A DNA stretch of 64,000 nt from NCBI GenBank assembly GCA_963816355.1, contig CAWFKH010000001.1:448001-512000 (forward strand), read 5' to 3'. Below are positions 12,455 to 27,716 of this stretch, in pieces. Position 1 is the stretch's first letter. Every line of letters starts with the position of its first letter. The position numbers and the translations under genes were made by a program. This stretch comes from an uncultured Gemmatimonadales bacterium (GTDB lineage Bacteria > Gemmatimonadota > Gemmatimonadetes > Longimicrobiales > RSA9). Below the pieces are notes generated by a model, which saw only the letters and a program-made list of their open reading frames with translations, was not told where the DNA came from and did not search any database.

Positions 12455-14353
12455 ATGTCCGATCCACCTCCGCACCCTAGGCGTCCGCTCGGCGTGATCC
12501 TCGTCGAGCGCGGGGACGCCACGCCGGCGCAAGTCGCCGACGCCCTCGCCGAGCAGCGCGAGCACGGCGGCCGCATCGGGGAGCTGCTGCTCGAGCGCGG
12601 CGTGGAGGGCGAACGCCTCGCCCGCGCCCTCGCCGCCCAGCTCCGCATCGAGCACGCCGCTCCGCCGCTGCGGCCCCAGCAGGCCGCCGTGCGGCTGGTC
12701 GACCGCGGCACCGCCACGCGCCTGCGCGTCGTGCCGCTCGATGTGCGCGGGCGCGTGCTGCGCGTCGCGACGGCGGACCCGCTCGACCTCGACGCGCTGG
12801 CGCAGCTCCGCTTCGTCGCAGGCCGGCGTGTCGAGGCGGCGGCCGCGTCCGCCGCCGCCGTGGACGCCGGGCTGCTCGCGGCGTACGGCGCGGGTGCGGT
12901 CGAGGAGCTGCTCGACCGCCTGGAGCCCGCGAGCGGCGCGGCCAACGGAGCCGCCAACGGGGGCGCGCCCGCGGACGGGGCAGACGAGATCGGCGCGCTG
13001 CGGCGGGCGTCGGAGGCGGCGCCGATCGTCGCGCTCGTCGACCTCCTGCTGGAGAGGGCGGTGACCGGCCGCGCGAGCGACCTCCACATCGAGCCGAACG
13101 CCGACCGGCTGCGCGTTCGCGCCCGCGTCGACGGCGTGCTGCGCGAGCTGGTCGACCTGCCCGCGCGCATCGGCGCGGGCGTGGTGTCGCGGATCAAGAT
13201 CATGGCGGGGCTGGACATCGCGACGAAGCGGCTGCCGCAGGACGGCCGTTTCGCGGCCACGGCGGGCGGACAGGATCTGTCGCTTCGCGTCTCGACGCTC
13301 CCCGCCGCGGACGGGGAGAAGGTGGTGGTGCGGCTGCTGCGGCAGAGCGGCGAGGGCCGCTCGCTCGACCAGTTGGGCCTCTCGCGCCGCGACGGGCGGG
13401 CGCTGCGAGCCCTGCTGGCACGCGGTCACGGCGCCATCCTCGTGACGGGACCCACCGGCGGCGGCAAGACGACGACGCTCTACGCCGCGCTCGCCGCGCT
13501 CGACCGCGACCAGCGCAACATCACCACGCTCGAGGATCCGGTCGAGTACCGGCTCCGCGGCGTCACGCAGGTGCCGGTGCAGGCGCGCGGCGGGACCGAC
13601 TTCGCGGGCGGGCTGCGGGCGGTGCTGCGGCAGGACCCGGACATCATCATGGTCGGCGAGATGCGGGACCGCGCGACGGTCGAGGTGGGCTTCGCCGCTG
13701 CGCTCACCGGGCACCTCGTGCTCTCGACGCTGCACACGAACGACGCCGCCTCCGCCGTCACCCGCCTGATCGAGATGGGCGCGGCGCCCTACCTGATTGC
13801 GAGCGCGCTGATCGGGGTGGTGGCGCAGCGGCTGGTGCGGCGGCTGTGCTCGCACTGCCGCGCGCCCGCGCTGCTGCCCGACGCCGAGCTCGACCGCCGC
13901 GGCCTGCCGCGCGCCGGCCGCTTCGCGCGGCCGGTCGGCTGCGAGCGCTGCGACGGGACCGGCTACAACGGCCGCATCGGCGTATTCGAGGTGCTGCTGG
14001 TGGACGAACGGATCCGATCGCTCATCCTGGAGCGGGCGAGCGTGGAGCGCGTCCGGGCGGCGGCGCGGCGCGGAGGGATGCGCCTGCTCGGAGACGCCGC
14101 GGCGATGCGGGCGGGCCGCGGCGAAACGTCGGTCGCGGAGGTCGTGCCGCTGCTCCCGCCGCGCGGCGCCCGGCGCGCGTGCGCGGGGTGCGGCGCGGCG
14201 CTGCGGCGCGCGTACCTGGTGTGTCCGATGTGCGGTCGCGCGGCGCAGCGCAGGTGCGGCTGCGGACAGCGGCTGCGGCGCGACTGGTCCCACTGCCCGC
14301 GCTGCGGTCAGTCGGCGAGCCGCTCCTCCATCTCGTGTTCGACGCCGTCGTAG
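12455..14353 (+). CDS. GspE/PilB/PulE secretion ATPase with N-terminal MshEN domain and C-terminal zinc ribbons
   Basis: ASDLHIEP, GPTGGGKTTT, TLEDPVE, RQDPDIIMVGEMRD and STLHTND motifs; extra C-terminal Cys pairs. Confidence 0.92.
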   Translation: MSDPPPHPRRPLGVILVERGDATPAQVADALAEQREHGGRIGELLLERGVEGERLARALAAQLRIEHAAPPLRPQQAAVRLVDRGTATRLRVVPLDVRGRVLRVATADPLDLDALAQLRFVAGRRVEAAAASAAAVDAGLLAAYGAGAVEELLDRLEPASGAANGAANGGAPADGADEIGALRRASEAAPIVALVDLLLERAVTGRASDLHIEPNADRLRVRARVDGVLRELVDLPARIGAGVVSRIKIMAGLDIATKRLPQDGRFAATAGGQDLSLRVSTLPAADGEKVVVRLLRQSGEGRSLDQLGLSRRDGRALRALLARGHGAILVTGPTGGGKTTTLYAALAALDRDQRNITTLEDPVEYRLRGVTQVPVQARGGTDFAGGLRAVLRQDPDIIMVGEMRDRATVEVGFAAALTGHLVLSTLHTNDAASAVTRLIEMGAAPYLIASALIGVVAQRLVRRLCSHCRAPALLPDAELDRRGLPRAGRFARPVGCERCDGTGYNGRIGVFEVLLVDERIRSLILERASVERVRAAARRGGMRLLGDAAAMRAGRGETSVAEVVPLLPPRGARRACAGCGAALRRAYLVCPMCGRAAQRRCGCGQRLRRDWSHCPRCGQSASRSSISCSTPS

Positions 14354-15828
14354 CTCAGGACGACCGGCTCCTCGTCGACCACCGTCTCGAGGTGCACCGG
14401 GCGTTTCCAGAGCGCGTGCACGTTCTGGAGCGCTTCGCGGGCGAGGTCGAGCTTGAGCTGGATCCCCTCGTCCAGATGCCTCAGCACGAGCTCGCCGCGG
14501 TTCAGGAAGTTGGCGTCGACGATCTCGATGCGCGGCTGGCCGAAGTTCGTCAGCATGAAGAGCAGCCGCTCCTTCACCGCCTGGAAGTCGCGGTCGCTGA
14601 TCACGTAGCGGCCGCTGTCGGGGTCGAAGTCGTAGGTGAAGAGGCCGTGGCGGCGGACGAAGTCGGCGGTGAGGAACTCGTCCACGAACGTCACGTCGTT
14701 GTAGTGGCGCCGCACCTCGAAGATCTTGTCGCGGCCGGCCCGCTCACCGGTGTCCCAGCGTTCGCGCGCGTGGAAGTCGTCGCACTCCTCCCAGTCCGAT
14801 CCGTGCCGGCCCTTCTCCCACCGCTCGTGGATGTCGCGCCACAGCTCGATCCCGACCTTGTACGGGTTGAGGCGGCCGGGGTGCACGGCGAGCGTGCCGG
14901 AGTGGTGGTCGGCGTAATCGATCACTTCCGCCGGGTCGAGCACGCGCTCGGTCATGAGCCGCGAGTGCCAGTAGGAGGCCCACCCCTCGTTCATGATCTT
15001 GGTGCGTCCCTGCGGCGCGAAGTAGTACGCCTCCTCGCGCACGATGCCGAGCACGTCCCGCTCCCAGTTGCGCAGCGGCGCGTGCTCGAGCAGGAACAGC
15101 ATGACGTCCTTGATCGGCGACGCCGGGAAGCGCTCCACCTCGCGCTTCGCGTCCTCGTCGAGCCGCTGCCGCTCCGCCTCGAGCGCACCGCGCGGGTTGA
15201 TGTAGTCGTCCATGTAATCCTTGGCGCGGAGCTTCCGCACCGAGCGGCGCTCCGGCTCGTCGTCCGGGCCGCGCCCCGTGCCGTTGCCCGTGCCGCTCCC
15301 GGATCGACGCGAGCGCCGGATGTGGGGGCCGTTGTAGTCGATCAGGTTGTCCAGCGAGAGGCAGCGGTCGACGAACGCCTCGACCTCATCCTCGCCGTAC
15401 TGCTCGGCGTAGCGCCGCACACGGGCGGCGTGGTTCGCCATCTCGTCCACCATCTTCCGGTTCGTGTGCGCGAACGAGAAGTTGTTCTTGAAGAAGTCGC
15501 CGTGGCCGCAGACGTGGGACATCACCAGCTTCTGGTCGACCAGGTGGTTCGCGGCGAGCAGGTAGGCGTACGTCGGCTCGTTGTTGATCACCATCTCGTA
15601 GATCTTCGAGAGGCCGTACGCGTAGGAGCGCGACAGCTCGAGGTGCTCCATCCCGAAGCGCCAGTGCGGGTAGCGCGCGGGATAGCCGCCGTACGCCGCC
15701 ACCTCGTTCATCTCCTCCCAGTCGAGCACCTCGTAGCGGATCTCGAAGAAATCCAGGCCGAAGGCGCGCGCGGCCTCCTCGATGCGCGCCTGCAGCCCGC
15801 GCAGCTCGGGCGTGAGCGGATGCGGCAT
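14308..15828 (-). CDS. spoVR: SpoVR/YcgB family protein
   Basis: RYPHWRFG, IYEMVIN, HVCGHGDFFKNN and TKIMNEGWASYWH motifs. Confidence 0.93.
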   Translation of the reverse strand: MPHPLTPELRGLQARIEEAARAFGLDFFEIRYEVLDWEEMNEVAAYGGYPARYPHWRFGMEHLELSRSYAYGLSKIYEMVINNEPTYAYLLAANHLVDQKLVMSHVCGHGDFFKNNFSFAHTNRKMVDEMANHAARVRRYAEQYGEDEVEAFVDRCLSLDNLIDYNGPHIRRSRRSGSGTGNGTGRGPDDEPERRSVRKLRAKDYMDDYINPRGALEAERQRLDEDAKREVERFPASPIKDVMLFLLEHAPLRNWERDVLGIVREEAYYFAPQGRTKIMNEGWASYWHSRLMTERVLDPAEVIDYADHHSGTLAVHPGRLNPYKVGIELWRDIHERWEKGRHGSDWEECDDFHARERWDTGERAGRDKIFEVRRHYNDVTFVDEFLTADFVRRHGLFTYDFDPDSGRYVISDRDFQAVKERLLFMLTNFGQPRIEIVDANFLNRGELVLRHLDEGIQLKLDLAREALQNVHALWKRPVHLETVVDEEPVVLSYDGVEHEMEERLAD

Positions 15829-15829
15829 G

Positions 15830-16936
<1,107 letters not shown>

Positions 16937-17018
16937 CCGAAGGTCCTCGAGACTGCATTCATTCAGGTGCGCCGTGCGTCCGCAGCGGAGCGGGGCCACT
17001 TCGCCACGCCGCCGCGCG

Positions 17019-17346
17019 TCAGCGTGCGGCGGGGGTGGCGCGCGCCGTCGGCGGCGCCCGGTGGCGGGGGCCGAGCGCGAGGACGATCTGCCCGAGCGCG
17101 AGCAGCGCCAGGAAGCCGAGCAGCAGCAGGCGCTGCGGAAAGGAGAGCCTCGCGCCGGGCGTGGGCACCGGACTCTGCACCGCCGCGGCGCGGCGCGCGC
17201 CGCCGGACTCCTGCAGCGTCGTCGCCATGTCCGCGCCACAGCGGCCGCACAGCCGACTCGCGTGGCGGTTGACGTGCCAGCAGTGGGGGCACACGGCCAG
17301 CTCGGCGGAGTCCGGTGCGCTGCGCGGGCGCAGCGGCTTCAGCCTG

Positions 17347-17354
<8 letters not shown>
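17019..17354 (-). CDS. Small zinc-ribbon membrane protein
   Basis: CPHC...CGRCG followed by one hydrophobic helix; overlaps the prkA stop by 8 nt. Confidence 0.6.
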
Positions 17355-19434
<2,080 letters not shown>

Positions 19435-19527
19435 ACTGCTCTGCTCCTGCAAAAGGACGATCGTGCGGGGATCTCCTGCGGGGCTGCGGCGGCCGGTCCC
19501 CCGCGACCGGCCGACCCCCCTTTCGCT

Positions 19528-20262
19528 CTAGCCGGGCCCGCCGCGCAGCCGGGCCTCGTCGCCGATCTGCCGCAGCAGCCGGTCGACCGGATCGCCGCGT
19601 CGGGCGAACAGGTACCGGTCGGCAATGCGGTTGAGCCCGACCCTCAACTCCGGAAACGTCTCGGCGCACGCCCTCAGGACACCGTCCAGCCCGTAGCGCC
19701 CTGCCTCCCGCGCCCCGGCCGCCATGCGGAAGCCGCTCGCGCCCAGCTCCTCGTAGTACTCCAGGCCTGGCGCGCCGCGGCGGTGCACCCGCGCCACGAT
19801 CCGATCCGGGAACAGCCCGCTCACCCACAGCGCGAAGTTGCCGAGGTGTGCCTGCAGCAGGAACGCGTGGCGACCGCGCGCGGTGTCGAGCGCCGCGACG
19901 ATGTCGACGAGATAGTCGAAGCGCGCCTCGCCCTCCGCCACGCGGTGTGCCCGGTCGCGCGTGCCGAACTCCACGAGCAGCGCCGCCACGTAGTCGGCGA
20001 GGGTGCGCTGCGTCACGCCCACCTCGAGCAGCGCGTGGCGCACGAGGACGTAGTAGACCAGCCCCGGAGGCACGGAGGCGGGGGTGTTCGCCGAGAGGAG
20101 CGCGTTCAGCGTCCGCGGGTCGTCCAGCAGCACGTCGAACCCCTCGGACCGGAGCCGCTGCTCCTGCGCCTCGTGCGCGTCGGCGTCGCCGCGGGCGAGC
20201 AGGCCGAGGACCGCTCCGGCCTCGGTGCGGCCGAAGGAAGCGCGGACGTTCGGAAGGATCAT
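19528..20262 (-). CDS. Hypothetical protein upstream of prkA
   Basis: Protein-like composition (ADYVAALL, HLGNFALWVSGLFP); RBS AAGGAG; co-oriented with prkA. Confidence 0.8.
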   Translation of the reverse strand: MILPNVRASFGRTEAGAVLGLLARGDADAHEAQEQRLRSEGFDVLLDDPRTLNALLSANTPASVPPGLVYYVLVRHALLEVGVTQRTLADYVAALLVEFGTRDRAHRVAEGEARFDYLVDIVAALDTARGRHAFLLQAHLGNFALWVSGLFPDRIVARVHRRGAPGLEYYEELGASGFRMAAGAREAGRYGLDGVLRACAETFPELRVGLNRIADRYLFARRGDPVDRLLRQIGDEARLRGGPG

Positions 20263-20672
20263 GATGTATCTCCTTGTGCGACTTCGTACCGGGCGCGGGA
20301 AAGCCGGGTTCCGCCCGCCCTCCCGGCCCCGGGCGCCTTGATGCGCCGCATCGCCCGGTCTACCTTTCGCCGCCGGAACGACTTACCGGCCGCGGCCGGT
20401 CGCGGCGCCCGCCACCCGCCGCCGCCCGCGAAGGCGCTTGCTGGAATCGTGCCGCCCGGGGCTCCGGATTGCCGGCGAGAGGATGGACGGCCGGATCCGG
20501 AAAGGACGAGCGTGGCGCGGCGTAAAACAGCGGACTGCGTCACGGAGCGCGCGGGTCGGACGCCGGGGAGCGCGCCGCGACGACCTGGCGCAGGTCTGCG
20601 ATGTCGAGGTTGGGAAGCGGGCGAGGCCGCACAGAAAAAGCTACAAGACCCTTCGCGGGAGTCAAGTATGGA

Positions 20673-22004
20673 GTGGCAGGGCGGCCGGTGCTGAGGCCAC
20701 GGACGCTGCAGCGACGGCTCTTCGCGTGGCTCCTGGTCCTCGCGCTCGTCCCCTCCGCGGCCCTCCTGGCGGCGGGGTTCTGGGCGGCGTCCGGCGCGCT
20801 CGGCTGGACGGAGGCGGTGGGGCCGTGGGAGGCGGTGGGGGAGTCCGGTCGCGCGCTGCTCGACTCGCTGCCGGACGACGTCCTGGCCGAGCCGGCCGTC
20901 GCGCGCGCGGCGACGCGCCATCGCCAGGAGCTGGCCCGCTCGCTGATGCTGGCGCGGCGCTGGTCCTTCCTGGCGCGCCGCCTCGGCTCCGCGCTGCCCG
21001 CGCTGGCGCTGGCGCTGGCGGCGGTGCTCGCGGGCCTGGCGCTTCTCGCGAGCCGCCGCATCGCGCGGGAGCTGACGCGCCCGCTCGAGGAGCTGGTCGG
21101 CTGGTCGGAGCGGCTGGGCCGTGAGGTGGCGCTGCCCCCGGAGCGGCCGGCCGAGGCGGGCGAGGCGAGCGAGATCCGCGCGCTTCGGGCGGCGCTGCGG
21201 CAGGCGGCGCTCGAGCGGACCCGCTCGCGGCAACGCGCCCTGGAGAACGAGCGCATGCGGACGTGGGGCGAGATGGCGCGGCGCGTGGCGCACGAGATGA
21301 AGAACCCGCTCACGCCGCTGCGCCTGGCGGTCCACCGGCTGCGTGCGCTGCCGCGATCCGACGAGGCGCTGGCCGAGTCCGTCTCCGTGATCGAGCAGGA
21401 GACCGGCCACCTCGAAGCGCTCGCCGCCCGCTTCTCGGAGCTCGGCCGTCCGCCGGAGGGGCCGTCCAGCGAGGTCGACCTGGCGGAGCTGCTGCAGTCG
21501 CTGCTCGCCACGGACGTTCCGGACGACGTCGCCTGGACGCTCCACGCCGCCGCCGACGCGCCGCGGGTCGAGGCGCGCCTCGATCCGCTCTTCCGCGCCT
21601 TCCGCAACGTCGTCCGGAACGCCGTGGACGCGGCGCGGGCCGGACCGTCCGCGCCGCGCATCACCGTCGACGTGACGTCGGATGCGGCCGCGGAGGCGGC
21701 GTCTCTCGCGGACGCAGCGTCGATCGCGGAGCGGTCGGCAATGGGCGGCGCGGGCGGCGCGGGCGTCGTGCGGGTCGCGATCCGGGACTCCGGGCCGGGG
21801 CTGCCGGCCGGGGCGGAGGCGCGCGTCTTCGAGCCGGACTACAGCACCAAGACGCGCGGGACGGGGCTCGGCCTCGCGCTGGCGCGCCAGGCGGTGCGCC
21901 AGGCGGGCGGCGACATCGGCGCCCGCAACGCGCCGGAGGGCGGCGCGGAATTCGTCGTGCGGCTGCCCGCGGCGCCGGCGCCGCGCTCCGCGGCGCTGCG
22001 CTGA
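20673..22004 (+). CDS. NtrY-like membrane sensor histidine kinase
   Basis: Two TM segments, HAMP, H-box VAHEMKNPLTP, N box, DSGPG, GTGLGL. Start is GTG 20673 or 20688. Confidence 0.88.
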   Translation: MAGRPVLRPRTLQRRLFAWLLVLALVPSAALLAAGFWAASGALGWTEAVGPWEAVGESGRALLDSLPDDVLAEPAVARAATRHRQELARSLMLARRWSFLARRLGSALPALALALAAVLAGLALLASRRIARELTRPLEELVGWSERLGREVALPPERPAEAGEASEIRALRAALRQAALERTRSRQRALENERMRTWGEMARRVAHEMKNPLTPLRLAVHRLRALPRSDEALAESVSVIEQETGHLEALAARFSELGRPPEGPSSEVDLAELLQSLLATDVPDDVAWTLHAAADAPRVEARLDPLFRAFRNVVRNAVDAARAGPSAPRITVDVTSDAAAEAASLADAASIAERSAMGGAGGAGVVRVAIRDSGPGLPAGAEARVFEPDYSTKTRGTGLGLALARQAVRQAGGDIGARNAPEGGAEFVVRLPAAPAPRSAALR

Positions 22005-22017
22005 GGGGGCGCGCATC

Positions 22018-23351
<1,334 letters not shown>

Positions 23352-23355
<4 letters not shown>

Positions 23356-25079
23356 ACGAATCCGTGAACGCGACGACGCCGGCCCCGGCGGGCGCGAGGT
23401 GGCCGCTGACGCTGGCGCTGCTCATCCTCACGCTCGCGCCGCCGCGCGCCGCGCGGGCCCAGGAGGCGCCGGCGCAGGCGGAGCTGCCGCGCGACGTCGC
23501 CGAGAGCGTCGTCGCGTTCTACAACGCGGCGTCGACCGTGCGCGTGCAGGGCGACGCGGAGGTGCCGCGCGGCGGTGAGATCGCGGGGCCGCTGGCGGTG
23601 CTGGACGGTGCGTTGCGGGTGGCCGGGCGAGTGCGCGGTGATGTCGTCGTGATCAACGGCGACCTGACGCTCGAGACGGGCGCCCACGTCGACGGCTCCG
23701 TGACGGTGGTCGGGGGCGCGGCCGCAGGCGTGGCCGAGGCCGACGTCGCCGGCGGCGTCGCCGTGTACGGGGCGCCGCTCCGCTACCGGCGCGACGACCG
23801 CGGCATCGCCTACGCGGGGCCGCGGCCCGCGGCGGAGCTCTCCGCCGGCCGCGAATTCGGATTCGGCCGGACGGACTTCGTCGTGGCGGTGCGCGGCGGC
23901 TACAATCGGGTCGCGGGCCTGCCGATCAGCGCCGGCCCGCGCGTCGTGTTCGGGCGCATCAACCCGACGCTCGTCTCGGCGCGCCTGATCTATCGGACGG
24001 GCGCGGGGATCGAGACGGCGCCGCACTTCGGCTACGCGGCCCGCGTGGACCAGTCGGTGGGCGGGACGCGCCTGCTGAGGGTCGGCTTCGGCCTGCGCTC
24101 GGAGATCGCGCCGATCGAGGACAACGGCCTCTCCGATAGCGAGAGCTCCCTCGCGACGTTCCTGCTCCACCGCGACTTTCGCGACCACTTCGAGCGCAAG
24201 GGGTGGAGCGTCGACCTGAGCCTTACGCCGCCCCGCGTCCCCGGCGCGCTCACCGTCGAGTACCGCAGCGAGCGCGACCGCTCCGTGCGGCCGACCGGGC
24301 CGTGGGCGCTCTTCGACAACCGCGAATCGTGGCGCGCGGAGCCGGTGATCGCCGACGGAACGCTGCGCTCCCTGGCCGTCCGCTACCTCGTCGACACGCG
24401 CAACGACGACGAAGCGCCATCCTCCGGCTGGTACGTCGCGGGCGAGATCGAGCGGGGTCTCGGCGGCCACCTGTCGCAGCCGATCGCGCCGGATGGCACC
24501 GCGCCGCCGGGCGGCGTCTCCGACCTCGCCAGCTCGCGCTTTCGCGCCGGCACCCTCGACGTGCGCCGTTACGCCCGGCTCGGCCCGCGGTCCCGGCTCT
24601 CGACCCGCGTCTACGCGGCGGGCTCGCTCGACGCGCGTCCGCTGCCCGCGCAACGGCAGCACACGCTCGGCGGCGAGGGGACGCTGCCCGGCTACGGCCT
24701 CTTCGCCTTCGACTGCGGCGCCCACGCGCGCGTCGCGCTGGTCGGCGCCGATTCCGTCTATCCCTACTACGGCTGCGACCGCTCCGTCCTCGTGCAGCTC
24801 GAGTACGCCGCGCGCCTCCCCACCGGCCGTCTGCTGCGCGGCTTCTTCGGGCCCACGGTCGACCTCTCGAACGCAGCCTCGTGGGTCGCCTTCTTCGACG
24901 CCGGCCGCGCCTGGACCGAGCCCGGCGCGCAGTCCGGCCGCGGCCCCGGCCAGGGCGATTTCGCCGCCGACGCCGGCCTCGGGCTCCGCCTCGGGCGTCT
25001 CGGCATCTACTGGGCGCTGCCGCTCTCCGGCTCCGGGCAGAACCCGAACTTCTTCATCCGCATCGAGCCGCGCCTCTGA
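23352..25079 (+). CDS. Outer-membrane protein: N-terminal beta-solenoid (bactofilin-like) region plus Omp85/BamA-like barrel
   Basis: Signal peptide; repeated GxVxV motifs; DTRND, LGGEGTLPGY and FFDAGRAW motifs; ATGA overlap. Confidence 0.65.
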
Positions 25080-25091
25080 GCGGCCGCGACG

Positions 25092-25745
25092 GTGCTCTCC
25101 CTGATCGCCGCCCTGCTGCTCGCCGCGCCCGCCGGCACCGCCGCGTCCGCGCGAGACCCGGCGCTCCCCGCCGTGCGCCCTGCCCAGCAGCCGCCGCTCG
25201 CCGTCGCGCCGATGTCGAAGGAAGCGTTCCGGCCGCTCGTCCACGCCGGACCGATCCTCGACGACGCGGCGCTCGCCGACGCCGTGCGCTCCGGCATCCC
25301 GCTGCGGCTGCGCTACCGCGTCGAGTTGTGGCGCGACCGCTGGATCGACCAGCGCGTGGCCGGCCGCGACTGGGCGGCGGTGATCCTCTACGACCCGCTC
25401 GAGGACCGTTACCTCGTGCGCGTCCAGGGCCGCTCCCCCGAGGCGCGCCGCTACGCCACCTACGCGGAAGCGACCGTCGCGGCGACCGGCGCCTTCACCC
25501 CCGCCTTTCCGGTCCCCTCCGGCCGCGGCCTCTACTACACGGCGTCGCTGCGCGTCGAGACCCTCTCCCTCTCGGACCTCGACGAGCTCCGCAACTGGCT
25601 CAAGGGGGACCTCGGCCCGGCCGTCGGCAGCGGCGGCTCGCTCCCCAAGGCGCTCGAGGATGGCGCGAAACGCGCCCTGATCCGCGTCCTAGGACTCCCG
25701 GCCCGGGTCTACGACGCGCGCAGCCAGGTCTTCGACGCCCGCTGA
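25092..25745 (+). CDS. Exported protein, DUF4390-like
   Basis: Signal peptide; AVRSGIPLRLRYRVEL and YDPL motifs; NtrYX context. Confidence 0.55.
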   Translation: MLSLIAALLLAAPAGTAASARDPALPAVRPAQQPPLAVAPMSKEAFRPLVHAGPILDDAALADAVRSGIPLRLRYRVELWRDRWIDQRVAGRDWAAVILYDPLEDRYLVRVQGRSPEARRYATYAEATVAATGAFTPAFPVPSGRGLYYTASLRVETLSLSDLDELRNWLKGDLGPAVGSGGSLPKALEDGAKRALIRVLGLPARVYDARSQVFDAR

Positions 25746-25960
25746 GGCCGCGGCGCCCGCGCGCCGCACGCCGCCGCCTGCGGCCCGTGGGTTGCATGCG
25801 CCGATGGGCGTAGCGCACATTCCAACATGTCACGGACCGCAATGACAGGCGGAAACGGATCGGGCCGCTGCATGATCTGCGACGTCCCCCTCGCTGCGGG
25901 GGCGGACCCGGACGCGGCGCGCTGGCGCGACGCCTACGACACCCGGTTGCCCGGTTGACG

Positions 25961-27709
25961 ATGTCGCCTTCCTTCCGTTTCTCGCCCCGACCGAACCGCG
26001 CGGCGGAGATTCCGTGGCGTGAATGGGGCCAGGAGGCTTTCTCCACCGCGCGGGAGGCGGACCGCCCGGTCGCGCTGCTGCTGACGGCGTCGTGGTGCCA
26101 CTGGTGCCACGTGATGGACGAGACGACCCTTTCCGATCCGGCCGTGATCGCGCTGCTCAGGGACCACTTCGTTCCGGTGCGCGTGGACGCCGACCGTCAC
26201 CCGCACGTCCGCGACCGCTACATCGCCGGGGGCTGGCCAACGGTTGCGTTCCTCTCTCCCGACGGCGAGGTGCTGTGGTCCGGCACGGGCCTGGAGTCGC
26301 ACGAGATGAAGCGGATCGCGGACGGCGTCCTGCGCGGCTGGTCGGACCGCCGCGAGGAGCTCCTCGCCGAGCTCGACCGCCGTCGTCTCGCGATGGAGAC
26401 CACGCTGGGCCGCCGGCTCGGCGCGGCGCTCGTGCGGCGGGAGGCGGGCGACGACGTCCTCGCCGCCATGATCGCCAGCGCCGACGCCCGCAACGGCGGC
26501 TTCGGCGAAGCGCCGCGATTCCCCGCGCCGGACGCCATCGAGCTCCTCTTCCGCGTCGCGGCGGCGGGCGAGGCGCCGCAGGCCGCGACCCTCGCGGAGC
26601 GGTGCCTGGACGGCATGCTCGCCGGCGAGCTGTTCGACCGCGTCGAGGGTGGCTTCTTCCGCTACGCGCTGCAGGAGGACTGGACGGAGCCGCAATACGA
26701 GAAGCTGCTCTCGGTCAACGCGGGCCTCGTGCGCGCCTATGCGCTCGCCGCGAGCCTCCTCGATCGTCCGGACTACCGCGACGTGGCCGAGCGCACCGTC
26801 GCGTGGGCGCTCGAGCGGCTCGCCCGCGACGACGGCCTGTGGGCGAGCAGCCAGGCCGCGGACCCGGACTACTACGCCCTGGACGCCGCCGGCCGCGCCG
26901 GGCGGAGCGCACCTTCCGTCGAGCCGGCGCCGTACACGGACGCCGCCGCCGCGTGGATCCGCGCGCTCGCGGAGGCGGGAGGGAGGCTGGGCCGCGGCGA
27001 GTGGATCGAGCTGGCGTCGCATTCGCTGCGCGCGCTGCTGGACGCCGCCGTGGACGGCAACGGCCGCGTCCGGCACCTGCCCGGCGACGAACAGGCGACC
27101 ATGTGGCTGCTCGGCGACGCCGTCGAGCTGGCCCGCGCGGCCGTCGCCGTCGGCCAGGCGACGGGGCAGGGCGAGCCGCTGCGGCGCGCGGCCGCCATCG
27201 TCGCCGCGCTGCGCGAGTCGCTGCTGAGCGACGAAGGCGGGTTCGAGGACTGCCGCGGCGAGGGGACGCCGCTCGGCGCGCTGCGCTACCGCGAGCGGCC
27301 CTTCGACCTCAACGCCGATGCGGCGCGCCTCCTGCTCGACCTCCACGCGGCCACCGGCGAGCGCACCTACCGCGCCATCGCGGAGCGCGTGCTGGCGCTC
27401 CTCGCGCCGCAGGCCGGCCGCCGCGGCGCACAGGCCGCCGGCTTGGGCATCGCCGTGCGCGAGTTCTTCGAACCGGTGGCGACGATCGCCCTCGTCGGCG
27501 ACCTCGACTCCACAGCCGAGCTGCGGGCCAGGGCGCTGTCGCTGCCGCTCGCCGCGCGCCGCGTGTGGACGGTCGAGCCCGGCGGTACGCTGGGAGGCCG
27601 CTCGCTGCCCCTCAGCCCCAGCCCCGCGGCGTACTTCTTCGACGGTGGCTCCCGCTCCAGGCCGCTCGCCGGACCGGAGATGCTCGAGACCGCCGCGCGC
27701 CCCCGCTGA
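25961..27709 (+). CDS. YyaL/DUF255 thioredoxin-domain plus alpha/alpha-toroid protein
   Basis: IPWREW, WCHWCHVM, GGWPT, GGFFRY and PQYEKLL motifs. Confidence 0.88.
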   Translation: MSPSFRFSPRPNRAAEIPWREWGQEAFSTAREADRPVALLLTASWCHWCHVMDETTLSDPAVIALLRDHFVPVRVDADRHPHVRDRYIAGGWPTVAFLSPDGEVLWSGTGLESHEMKRIADGVLRGWSDRREELLAELDRRRLAMETTLGRRLGAALVRREAGDDVLAAMIASADARNGGFGEAPRFPAPDAIELLFRVAAAGEAPQAATLAERCLDGMLAGELFDRVEGGFFRYALQEDWTEPQYEKLLSVNAGLVRAYALAASLLDRPDYRDVAERTVAWALERLARDDGLWASSQAADPDYYALDAAGRAGRSAPSVEPAPYTDAAAAWIRALAEAGGRLGRGEWIELASHSLRALLDAAVDGNGRVRHLPGDEQATMWLLGDAVELARAAVAVGQATGQGEPLRRAAAIVAALRESLLSDEGGFEDCRGEGTPLGALRYRERPFDLNADAARLLLDLHAATGERTYRAIAERVLALLAPQAGRRGAQAAGLGIAVREFFEPVATIALVGDLDSTAELRARALSLPLAARRVWTVEPGGTLGGRSLPLSPSPAAYFFDGGSRSRPLAGPEMLETAARPR

Positions 27710-27716
27710 GCCGCCG

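Noticed and set aside
14308..15828. Evidence of sporulation
   Set aside because: SpoVR, PrkA and YeaH homologues occur widely in non-sporulating bacteria.
20263..20672. Riboswitch or ncRNA in the 400-bp divergent intergenic region
   Set aside because: No recognisable motif; the sigma-54-like TGGCGCAGGTCTGC has 9-nt rather than 10-nt spacing. An Rfam scan would be decisive.
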